Assembly: GCA_964551375.1 (NCBI GenBank)
Contig: CAZKBG010000001.1
Coordinates: forward strand, 480,001 to 512,000
DNA: 32,000 nucleotides
Reading direction: 5' to 3'
From: an uncultured archaeon
GTDB lineage: Archaea > Iainarchaeota > Iainarchaeia > Iainarchaeales > JAAZKV01
A program made the position numbers and the translations under genes. Below are positions 17,881-25,294 of this stretch, piece after piece; position 1 is the stretch's first letter, and every line of letters begins with the position of its first letter. The notes beneath the pieces are model-generated. The model saw only the letters and a list, made by a program, of their open reading frames with translations. It had not been told where the DNA came from and ran no database searches.

Positions 17881-18522
17881 TTAGGCAGTTTTGTGGTAAT
17901 AAAACTTTCTCTTGGTGCTTAAATTCTTGCTCACAAGCATTACAACAGCATACCCAATATCCCAAGCAAGGAATGCGAAGAAGAACATTAATGGGAAGAA
18001 TCCCAAAAGCGCAAATGCAAGAACCGCTATTTTCATCACAAATCTAAATTCAAAGAATAAATGAATATATTTCCCAAACGGCTTGTGTGAGTGATAAACA
18101 TTGTTTGAATCAACCCAGTCGTTTCCAATTTCATCAAAAATACCGGCAATCGAAATTATTATCAAAGGAATTGGAAGAATTAAAACAAACATGAACGCGC
18201 TTGGATCCATGAAGAAGTATGCTGTGTAAACGCAAAGAACCGCAACTATGAAAGCCAAGTTATCAATTTTTCCTTTAACAATTACTCCTATTATTATTGC
18301 AGTAAGAAGCATTGCCGAAGCAGGGTGAAGCACCATAATGTATGCCCAAAAAATTGCAGTTATTGGAGAAAGAGCAAATGCAATTGCCTGCGGAAAAGTG
18401 TTTTCATCAAAAGCATCGTCAATGAATTTAACAGCTGCCCCGATTAAGAAATAAGAAAGTATGAAAAAAAACGCGATAAAGAAAGGGTTCTGGGCAACAA
18501 GGGTTTCCACAAGGAAAGACAA
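17881..18522 (-). CDS. hypothetical polytopic membrane protein (6-7 TM) with Asp-rich loops
   Basis: Continuous hydrophobic helices. Acidic motifs KFIDDAFDE and GIFDEIGNDWVD. TTG start (no in-frame ATG near the 5' end). Confidence 0.55.
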   Translation of the reverse strand: MSFLVETLVAQNPFFIAFFFILSYFLIGAAVKFIDDAFDENTFPQAIAFALSPITAIFWAYIMVLHPASAMLLTAIIIGVIVKGKIDNLAFIVAVLCVYTAYFFMDPSAFMFVLILPIPLIIISIAGIFDEIGNDWVDSNNVYHSHKPFGKYIHLFFEFRFVMKIAVLAFALLGFFPLMFFFAFLAWDIGYAVVMLVSKNLSTKRKFYYHKTA

Positions 18523-18544
18523 TTATAACACCTAAAAATGCAAC

Positions 18545-19309
18545 TTAAATCTCTGATTCCTTGATTGTTACTCCGCCACTCTCAAGCGCGTAAGGAATAG
18601 TTTGTTTTGAATGGTCAGTGTAACGCATTTTTCTAATTAACAAGCTTCTCAAATCAACAGAGCCTACTCCGACATAGTGGAGAACTAAAACACCGTCTGC
18701 GATGAATTCGCTCACACCATCAGCGCTTAAAGTTTTTTCATCTTCAGGAAGCTCGGTAGTAAGCATTGTTGTAACGCCATACTTTTTTACTTCCTTAAAT
18801 AGTTTGTAAAGAACATTTTTGTTCCAAATCTCTTCAGATCTTGGAATCGGGTTGATTGTTTCAGCAATCTGAACCATTGAGAAAGTGTTTCCGTCAGCAA
18901 TTCCAGATAAAAGCAAGTTATCAACAAGAGTTGTCAAAGAATCAACAACAATTCTTTTTGGCTTAAATTCATTAATCACGTTATTCAAAGTCTCTGGGAA
19001 TTTTGATCCGCCTGTAATATCATAATACCAAATTTTAATCAAATTCTTCTGTTCAAGCTCCGCAAGTCTCCAATTATAAGCCCCAGCCTGCTTGTACAAT
19101 TCTTCCCTGTTCTGCTCCGTAGAAATGTAAAGGCCTTTTTCTCCAAAAATAGTAGCGCCGTTAACCAAGAACTGCATGCAAAAAGTGGATTTACCAGTTC
19201 CTGCTCCGCCCGAAATTAAAACAGTGTTTCCATTTGGAACCCCGCCGTTCATGGCTTTATCAAGACCCTGAATACCAGTCTTTGTTCGAATAATCTCCTG
19301 CAAAGGCAT
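18545..19309 (-). CDS. KaiC/RadA-like single-domain RecA-superfamily ATPase
   Basis: TGIQGLDKAMNGGVPNGNTVLISGGAGTGKSTF (Walker A), RIVVDSLT (Walker B). About 254 aa. The track start at 19318 is TTG; ATG 19309 (MPLQEII) is preferred. Confidence 0.85.
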   Translation of the reverse strand: MPLQEIIRTKTGIQGLDKAMNGGVPNGNTVLISGGAGTGKSTFCMQFLVNGATIFGEKGLYISTEQNREELYKQAGAYNWRLAELEQKNLIKIWYYDITGGSKFPETLNNVINEFKPKRIVVDSLTTLVDNLLLSGIADGNTFSMVQIAETINPIPRSEEIWNKNVLYKLFKEVKKYGVTTMLTTELPEDEKTLSADGVSEFIADGVLVLHYVGVGSVDLRSLLIRKMRYTDHSKQTIPYALESGGVTIKESEI

Positions 19310-19342
19310 TTTTTCCAACTCTGTACTTAGTAAAAAGAACTA

Positions 19343-19351
19343 GTATTTAAA
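19343..19351 (-). promoter_or_regulatory. TATA-like box upstream of the KaiC-like gene
   Basis: The minus strand reads TTTAAATAC, centred about 38 nt upstream of ATG 19309. Confidence 0.3.
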
Positions 19352-19395
19352 GATGACTATGGACACAAAAAATTAATCCACTACTTAAATTTGGT

Positions 19396-21702
19396 TCAAA
19401 TAAAAGCAGAAACTGTTTTTGCGCCGAGATACTTTTTGGCAAGATCGGTAAATTCAGCCACTGCGCCAGCCAAATCATCATCGCTTGTCATGCTTTCAAT
19501 GTAAATAACAGCGTTTTTTGTCCCTTCAGTGAATTTTGTTTTGTCAGATTCTCTCCAGTTCCATCTTCTGCATAAAACATCCTTATCATCGCGGTAAATT
19601 ACTTCCCCTTTATTTGGATGCTCTTTCATTTTTCCGCCAATCATAAAGAAATTTTCAGAGCCATCAGCAATTGTGAGCCTTACTTTTCCCTCAACTTTAT
19701 CCAAGTCATCTCCACCCACAGGAACAACATATTTTATTGAAATTAAATTATACAAATCAACAAGCGAGTTTATGTTTGGAAGAGGATTGTTGTTCAAAAC
19801 TCTCCTCACAAGCGCATCAACTGAAGGCTTGTTCTTTGCAGGATCGCCGTTGAACGAAGAATATGATGCTCTCCAAGCTTTAAGCTGAGGAATATCAAGA
19901 GGATTAAATCCGCCAAATCTTGCCCTAAGCGCTGATTCTTCAGCCCTCAATAAAGAAGTAATTTCCTTATTTTCCTTGGAATTTGTTATTCCTTCAAGAA
20001 CTACCACGCCAGCTTTATACCCTGGAAACTTTTCAACAACAGAAGAACTTATTTCAAATTTCAATTTTCCCAAATCAACTTCTTTTGATTTATTCTCATA
20101 AGATTTCTTGGATAACGGCTTGTCAATCGACTCGAGAAGCGCTTTAACTTTATCAAGACCGATAACTATTATGAAGTTTGATAATTTTGGCCCGAAGTTT
20201 TTATTTATTATTATTTTATAAAACGCAGTGAAGAATTCTTTTTGTTCAATTCCAGATTCTTTGCACGCTTCCCCAAAAAGCTTAATCAATTCATCTTCGC
20301 TCTTGCCAAGCATCTGTTTTGCAACAAATCTAATTGCCGCTTTCTGCTTGTCAGTCAATGCGAGCTTTGCGTCATCGCTTGCATCATTTTGCAAAACAAA
20401 CTTGAAATTGTCTTCAGCATAATTGTCAATCCAAAACTTTACCCTATCAACCATTGAATTAACATACTTCATGTCAAAAGAGTTGAAATAGGAGGCAATT
20501 TTTTTCCTGTCAAACTGATACACCTGCGAAACAGTCACAAGATGCCTAAAATCAATCTGTGAAGGAATTTCTTTTGGCAATGAAACGGAACTTAATTCAT
20601 AAATTCGGTTGTTTAATTCAAGGTCCTCTTTTTCGCACGGCTCTTTTCCAAAATAAATTCTTTCAACTTTCTGAAACTCCGAGTAAAGCCTTATTACATC
20701 CATTCCCTCAAAGCTCACTTCAAAATATTTTTCAGGCCTTTTTGAAACAAAAATGTACCTAATAATTTCCGGAGTGTAAACGCCAAGCATTTCTTTTAAG
20801 TCAATAGTGTTTCCCTTAGAAGAAGACATTTTTCCTCCCTGCCCTTTGATTGAAATAAATTCATACATTATGTGTTCAGGCGGAATTCTTCCAAAAATAT
20901 CTTTTACAATTACTTCAGCAGTTGTATTGCTCCCTCCCTCGCTTGAGTGCTCTTTTCCAGAAGGCTCAAAATCAACTTTCTCAAACTCCCATCTCATAGG
21001 CCAGTCAACACGCCACTGAAGCTTTGCTATTCCTTTTTTTCTAAAATCAAAAGTATTAGTAAACCCGCATTGGCACATATAACTTAATGAATAATCCCCG
21101 TCATAGCCGATGATTGTAGTATCATCCTTGTTGCATTTCTCGCAAAATACTCTAACAGGATTCCATTCGCCTTCCAAATCCTCAGCTCTCCACTTATCAA
21201 GAACCTCTTTAATAGCATCTTTATTCAAAAGAGCTTTTTTCATCCCTTCAGAATAAGTGCACGCGCGGTATTTTTTTGCCTGATTCAAAAACTCAGGAAA
21301 AACACCCATTTGCGGAAGATAACTCTCAACAGTTTTTTCATTGTGCTCAGCATAACTCGCATGGCATCCAAAAGGATCAGGCACATCAACTATCGGCTGT
21401 CTCAAATATTTCTCAAGCATTTCTTTATTTGGAAAATTAGCGGGAACTTTTCTAAAAACATCATAGTCATCCCAAGAATAAATAAATCTGACTTTCTTTC
21501 CCTGCCTTGCAATCGCTTTTGCGACTAAATCAACAGTAATAATTTCCCTAAAATTTCCAATGTGAACAACGCCTGAAGGAGTAATGCCCGCAGCAACAGT
21601 GATTAAGTCCTGCCCTTTTCTTTTTTCAATGACATCCTTTGCTACCGCATCAGCCCAATGCACTTTTGAATCTGATTCATGCATTTTTTCATTAACAGCC
21701 AT
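19396..21702 (-). CDS. lysK: class I lysyl-tRNA synthetase fused to a C-terminal B3/B4-type domain
   Basis: Class I LysRS signatures: GITPSGVVHIGNFRE (HIGH), GGKMSSSKGN (KMSKS variant), Zn-knuckle FCEKC...CQCG. Residues about 549-771 of the track translation match the B3/B4 family pattern (see findings). The track start at 21711 is GTG; ATG 21702 (MAVNEK) is preferred. Confidence 0.88.
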   Translation of the reverse strand: MAVNEKMHESDSKVHWADAVAKDVIEKRKGQDLITVAAGITPSGVVHIGNFREIITVDLVAKAIARQGKKVRFIYSWDDYDVFRKVPANFPNKEMLEKYLRQPIVDVPDPFGCHASYAEHNEKTVESYLPQMGVFPEFLNQAKKYRACTYSEGMKKALLNKDAIKEVLDKWRAEDLEGEWNPVRVFCEKCNKDDTTIIGYDGDYSLSYMCQCGFTNTFDFRKKGIAKLQWRVDWPMRWEFEKVDFEPSGKEHSSEGGSNTTAEVIVKDIFGRIPPEHIMYEFISIKGQGGKMSSSKGNTIDLKEMLGVYTPEIIRYIFVSKRPEKYFEVSFEGMDVIRLYSEFQKVERIYFGKEPCEKEDLELNNRIYELSSVSLPKEIPSQIDFRHLVTVSQVYQFDRKKIASYFNSFDMKYVNSMVDRVKFWIDNYAEDNFKFVLQNDASDDAKLALTDKQKAAIRFVAKQMLGKSEDELIKLFGEACKESGIEQKEFFTAFYKIIINKNFGPKLSNFIIVIGLDKVKALLESIDKPLSKKSYENKSKEVDLGKLKFEISSSVVEKFPGYKAGVVVLEGITNSKENKEITSLLRAEESALRARFGGFNPLDIPQLKAWRASYSSFNGDPAKNKPSVDALVRRVLNNNPLPNINSLVDLYNLISIKYVVPVGGDDLDKVEGKVRLTIADGSENFFMIGGKMKEHPNKGEVIYRDDKDVLCRRWNWRESDKTKFTEGTKNAVIYIESMTSDDDLAGAVAEFTDLAKKYLGAKTVSAFI

Positions 21703-21852
21703 TTTACCCACTTATGTGTAAAGTAATACTTCGGGCGTTTAGTTAAAAAAGCTTGGCTTAAATTACGAAAAGAGCAGTTTAGGATTAGAGCCATTTTAAG
21801 CTCGGGCATTACTATAAAAACCCCCAAAGCAAGAAATATTTAACGTGATATA

Positions 21853-22716
21853 ATGGGAAGGGCAGAGCTTTATAGAAAAGGGGGACCAGCACAGAAAATG
21901 CAAGGCGCAAGAAAATTAAGAGCCACAGGCAACCCGATTTTTCGCCCAGCAGTCGGAATTAACAATAAAACAATGCAAATGGTGCTGAAAAGATGGACTG
22001 AAAGAAAAAGAGCCGAAGTGGTAAAAACAAAATTGCCCCAAAAATTAAAAGAAATTGCAGGACAAACTCCAAAACCAAGCAGGACCCAAATAAATCAAGC
22101 AGTTCAAGCATGGCTTAAGGGAGAAGAACACAGAGTGATGTCCTACTCGCACCCCATAAAAGGAGCAAATGCGACAGGAAGCGAAGTTGCGATGAGATTT
22201 GCAGGCAAAGGACTTACTGAAAAAGCAAGAAGACTTGCGGGGCTAAATCCAGAAGCAGCGCAGACTTTTTCAAGATTATTTAGAACCACTACAATTAATG
22301 TGCCTGAAATTAAGCTATACGTCGGACTTCCAACAGCAATAATTATGCTGAAATTAATAAATAAGGCAGGGTTTAGAAGAGCAAATGCCGCAGTCAAAGT
22401 TGTTTCAAGAGAATCAAGCAGAATCATGAATAAAAATAAGCATAACAAAAAACTATCCTCATACCACAGCGACGCTTTCAATAACATCAGCAGCATGTTT
22501 TCAATGGCGCACACACTAAGAGAGCTTATGCTGCTTGACAAAAGAAACGGACTTGAAGCAGCAATGGATACAATCCATGCAAGGGAAGAAGCTCTTGCAA
22601 AGCTAAAAGCGCACCCAGAAGTACAAAATTACAATTCTATCGCAAAAAGACTGGCTTCTGAAATTGAAGAAGGAAAAAGAGAAGCTGAAATATTCAAACA
22701 ACAGAATGGACTTTAA
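21853..22716 (+). CDS. hypothetical protein, orphan family A (paralog 1)
   Basis: ATG start with a TATA-like AAATATTTAA about 20 nt upstream. Basic N-terminus. Paralogous to the next gene (hand alignment). No known motif recognised. Confidence 0.6.
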   Translation: MGRAELYRKGGPAQKMQGARKLRATGNPIFRPAVGINNKTMQMVLKRWTERKRAEVVKTKLPQKLKEIAGQTPKPSRTQINQAVQAWLKGEEHRVMSYSHPIKGANATGSEVAMRFAGKGLTEKARRLAGLNPEAAQTFSRLFRTTTINVPEIKLYVGLPTAIIMLKLINKAGFRRANAAVKVVSRESSRIMNKNKHNKKLSSYHSDAFNNISSMFSMAHTLRELMLLDKRNGLEAAMDTIHAREEALAKLKAHPEVQNYNSIAKRLASEIEEGKREAEIFKQQNGL

Positions 22717-22762
22717 TTTTTCATGAGTACAGTTATATAAACAACTGAGGCTGAAATTATTT

Positions 22763-23761
22763 ATGCCACAATTAAAACCAAGATTAACTCCATTGCAGGC
22801 GGAAAAACTGCGAAAAGCAAGGGAGCGAAAGGGAAAAGGATTGCCTTTTATTTACCCTATGCAGGGAATGACTAAAGAGGCGCAGCTGGCAGTGATTCAA
22901 AGAATAAAACAAGACAAAGAAAGATCTTTAATAGAAAAAATGAAACAAAGAAAAGTTGCAAAAATACGGGGAAAAATTATCCGCGAAATTGAGCCTGCTT
23001 TTGAAAAAATGACCCACAACGAAAGAACTACAATAAGACCGAGCATAATGCACACGCTTTCAAGCGAACTTTCAACAATACGTTTTCCTGAAACAAGAAA
23101 AGAAGCAGAGCAAGTGGAAAGAGTTCTAAGAATGCACCGAAAAGGAAAAGGGAAAACAATAAACTCACATGATATTGCAATAATAAGAGGAGGATCAAAA
23201 GTAACTGGAACCGAACTTGCAGTAAGGCTAGTTTCGCGAGAACTTATTCAAACAGCAAGACAAATAGGAATTGCGCATGAAAGCGCGCTTGTTGTTGAAA
23301 GGTTACTGCATAATAGAAATCAAAAAATACACGGCACAAATGTCACTACCTATCCTCCAAATAGCTTACTTTTTATTAAGCTGATAAATAGAGAAGGCGA
23401 ACAAAAAGCGGTGCATGTAATTGATGAAGTTGAGAAGCGCGCAGTGGAAATACAAAAAGACGCAAATTCACTTGGAAAAGAAACAAACTACAGCGATGTA
23501 TTTGTTAATGTAAGCCAAAAAGTTCAGCCCCTGCAAATGGGTTTAGAGATGAACCTAATGAATAAAGAAAAATTTGTCAAGCAAGCGTGGAATGACTTAA
23601 TGACAAGAACCCAAGCAGTGGCTTCAGCAAAAAAAACACATGGAGCAGCACTAGGAAAAGTTCTTGACAAGATTTCAAGTGAAAATATGTCATTTATGGG
23701 AGAAATACAGGAATACATGAAACGAAATAATATTGGCCCGCATGTACTATTCAGCAAATAA
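22763..23761 (+). CDS. hypothetical protein, orphan family A (paralog 2)
   Basis: Shares blocks with 21853..22716: IRGGSKVTGTELAVRLVSRELIQTARQIGI vs IKGANATGSEVAMRFAGKGLTEKARRLAGL; FIKLINREG vs MLKLINKAG; NYSDVFVNVS vs SYHSDAFNNIS. Confidence 0.6.
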   Translation: MPQLKPRLTPLQAEKLRKARERKGKGLPFIYPMQGMTKEAQLAVIQRIKQDKERSLIEKMKQRKVAKIRGKIIREIEPAFEKMTHNERTTIRPSIMHTLSSELSTIRFPETRKEAEQVERVLRMHRKGKGKTINSHDIAIIRGGSKVTGTELAVRLVSRELIQTARQIGIAHESALVVERLLHNRNQKIHGTNVTTYPPNSLLFIKLINREGEQKAVHVIDEVEKRAVEIQKDANSLGKETNYSDVFVNVSQKVQPLQMGLEMNLMNKEKFVKQAWNDLMTRTQAVASAKKTHGAALGKVLDKISSENMSFMGEIQEYMKRNNIGPHVLFSK

Positions 23762-23843
23762 ATGCTAAAAATAACCCAAAATGCTACTTAAAGACATCAA
23801 AAATTACCAGAATGTAATAAAAGATACACTCAAGCCCCCGAAG

Positions 23844-23853
23844 TATTTAATAA
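23844..23853 (+). promoter_or_regulatory. TATA-like box preceding the structured intergenic element
   Basis: TATTTAATAA preceded by purine-rich cgaag (BRE-like). The predicted TSS is around 23868-23875, just before the hairpin. Confidence 0.3.
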
Positions 23854-23872
23854 TCACCAGGAAGGGTAATTA

Positions 23873-23965
23873 ATGATGGATGTTAACTTTGTCTGGAGCT
23901 TATGATTCTGATTGTAGGCTCACCTCATTATTAAAGCTCCAGGCAGTTCACCAGTTTAACATCCG
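23873..23965 (+). ncRNA. candidate structured small RNA (long two-helix hairpin), class unknown
   Basis: Helix A is GGATGTTAA (23878-86) paired with TTAACATCC (23956-64). Helix B is CTGGAGCTT (23893-901) paired with AAGCTCCAG (23934-42). An asymmetric internal loop (6 nt / 13 nt) separates them and the apical region is 32 nt. Strand is inferred only from the upstream TATA box and the neighbouring tRNA. Confidence 0.3.
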
Positions 23966-24053
23966 CTCACCTAATAATCCCCCAAGCCGAGAGGCTCGAC
24001 ATTATTTGAAAATTTTGTGGCAACCATAAACCCATCAAACAAACTTTTAGAAA

Positions 24054-24124
24054 GGGGTTGTGGTATAACGGCATTACGCAAGGTTCCAGACTTTGTTATT
24101 TGGGTTCAACTCCCAATAACCCCA
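24054..24124 (+). tRNA. tRNA-Trp (anticodon CCA), no intron, no encoded CCA
   Basis: Hand-folded cloverleaf. Acceptor GGGGTTG/TAACCCC (7 bp, one G-T). D arm GTAT-AACGGCA-TTAC. Anticodon arm CAAGG-TTCCAGA-CTTTG (T33, CCA, G37). T arm TTGGG-TTCAACT-CCCAA. Discriminator A at 24124. Confidence 0.85.
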
Positions 24125-24160
24125 TAATAACTTTAAAAACAAGAACGGAGTTGATTATTT

Positions 24161-25291
24161 GTGGAAGAAAGAAAGCGTGATGAGATGAATAAAGAAGAAA
24201 CAGTGATTATTGACCCTTGGGGAAAAGAGCTTGTCCAGGACTACACACGTTTAATCAAAGAGTTCGGGATGGAAGCGTTTGACAATAATATTTTCCCAGA
24301 GCCAAGCTTGCAGATGCGAAGAGGAGTAAATTTTGGAATGCAGGACGGAGAACAGATTGCAAAAGCCATAAAAGAAAAAAAACCATTCTACTGCCTCACA
24401 GGAATCATGCCATCAAGCGAAAAAATACACTTAGGAACTGAAACTGTTGTACAAAATGTTAGATACTTTCAGGACCACGGCGCAAAAACTTATATTTTAA
24501 TTGCGGATGTTGAATCACAAGCCACCCGCGGAGTATCACTTGAAGAAGGAAAAAGAAGAGCAATGGAATTTCACATACCAGCCTACGTGGCTCTTGGACT
24601 TGATATTACAAAAACAAATTTTTACCTTCAAAGTGAAAACAAAAAAGTTTCAAACCTTGCAGCAATATGCTCTCAAAAAATAACTGAAAATGAATTTAGA
24701 GCAATTTACGGAAGCGTTCACCCGTCAAAAGTAATGAGCGCTTTCACCCAAATGGGAGATATACTTTACCCGCAGCTTGAAGAAAGAATGCCAGGAGTAA
24801 TTCCTGTCGGAATTGACCAAGCCCCCCACATTAGAATGGTGAGGGATATTTCAAGAAGATTAAAACAAGATTATGGATTCTTCCTTCCAAGCGCAGTATA
24901 CAATAAATACACAAGCGCTCTTGACGGCTCGTTTAAAATGAGCAAAAGCTCGGGAGAATTCTCAAAATTTGATATTCCTGAAAAAGATATGAAAATGGTT
25001 GAGAAAAAAATACAAAAGGCGCTCACTGGCGGAAGGGCAACAAAAGAAGAACAGAGGGCAAAGGGCGGAGAAATAGATAAATGCGTTGTTTATGAATATT
25101 GCAAAAACCATTTCATAAAAGACGATAAAATTCTCTCGCAAATGTATGAAGAATGCGTGAGCGGCAAAAACCTTTGCGGAGAGTGCAAGGCAAAATTTGG
25201 AATACCGAATGCGGTAAAGTTTTACGAAGATTTTAATAAAAACTTTGAGAAAGCAAAAAAGTCAATAGGAAAAATAAAATTTGTGAACTGA
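24161..25291 (+). CDS. trpS: tryptophanyl-tRNA synthetase (archaeal/eukaryal type) with a C-terminal Cys cluster
   Basis: FYCLTGIMPSSEKIHLG (HIGH region), GIDQAPHIRMVRD, FKMSKSS (KMSKS). GTG 24161 follows a TTTAAAAA box (24133-39). The in-frame ATG at 24185 (MNKEET) is an alternative start. Confidence 0.9.
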   Translation: MEERKRDEMNKEETVIIDPWGKELVQDYTRLIKEFGMEAFDNNIFPEPSLQMRRGVNFGMQDGEQIAKAIKEKKPFYCLTGIMPSSEKIHLGTETVVQNVRYFQDHGAKTYILIADVESQATRGVSLEEGKRRAMEFHIPAYVALGLDITKTNFYLQSENKKVSNLAAICSQKITENEFRAIYGSVHPSKVMSAFTQMGDILYPQLEERMPGVIPVGIDQAPHIRMVRDISRRLKQDYGFFLPSAVYNKYTSALDGSFKMSKSSGEFSKFDIPEKDMKMVEKKIQKALTGGRATKEEQRAKGGEIDKCVVYEYCKNHFIKDDKILSQMYEECVSGKNLCGECKAKFGIPNAVKFYEDFNKNFEKAKKSIGKIKFVN

Positions 25292-25294
25292 TAT

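Noticed and set aside
23891-23901. GTCTGGAGCTT is complementary (11 bp including 2 G-U) to positions 29-39 of the adjacent tRNA-Trp, including C34. This recalls the C/D guide in the tRNA-Trp intron of some Euryarchaeota.
   Set aside because: The perfect core is only 7 nt, and by my rough estimate that is expected by chance a few times for a 300-nt versus 71-nt comparison. No D/D' box sits 5 nt from the base opposite C34. The segment is also sequestered in helix B. Worth re-testing only if the RNA proves to be expressed.
23873-23911. Box C/D sRNA reading of the hairpin region: ATGATGG (23873-79) as box C and CTGA (23908-11) as box D.
   Set aside because: The 28-nt spacing between the boxes does not fit the C - 12 nt - D' - C' - 12 nt - D layout. 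The C box ends in G rather than A. There is no second CTGA and no terminal stem flanking the boxes.
23762-24053. Possibility that the structured spacer is SRP RNA or RNase P RNA.
   Set aside because: The structured part is only about 90-130 nt. I could not find the conserved RNase P CR-I/CR-V strings (e.g. GAAAGTCC) or an SRP helix-8 style symmetric/asymmetric loop pair with matching 5'/3' Alu-domain pairing.
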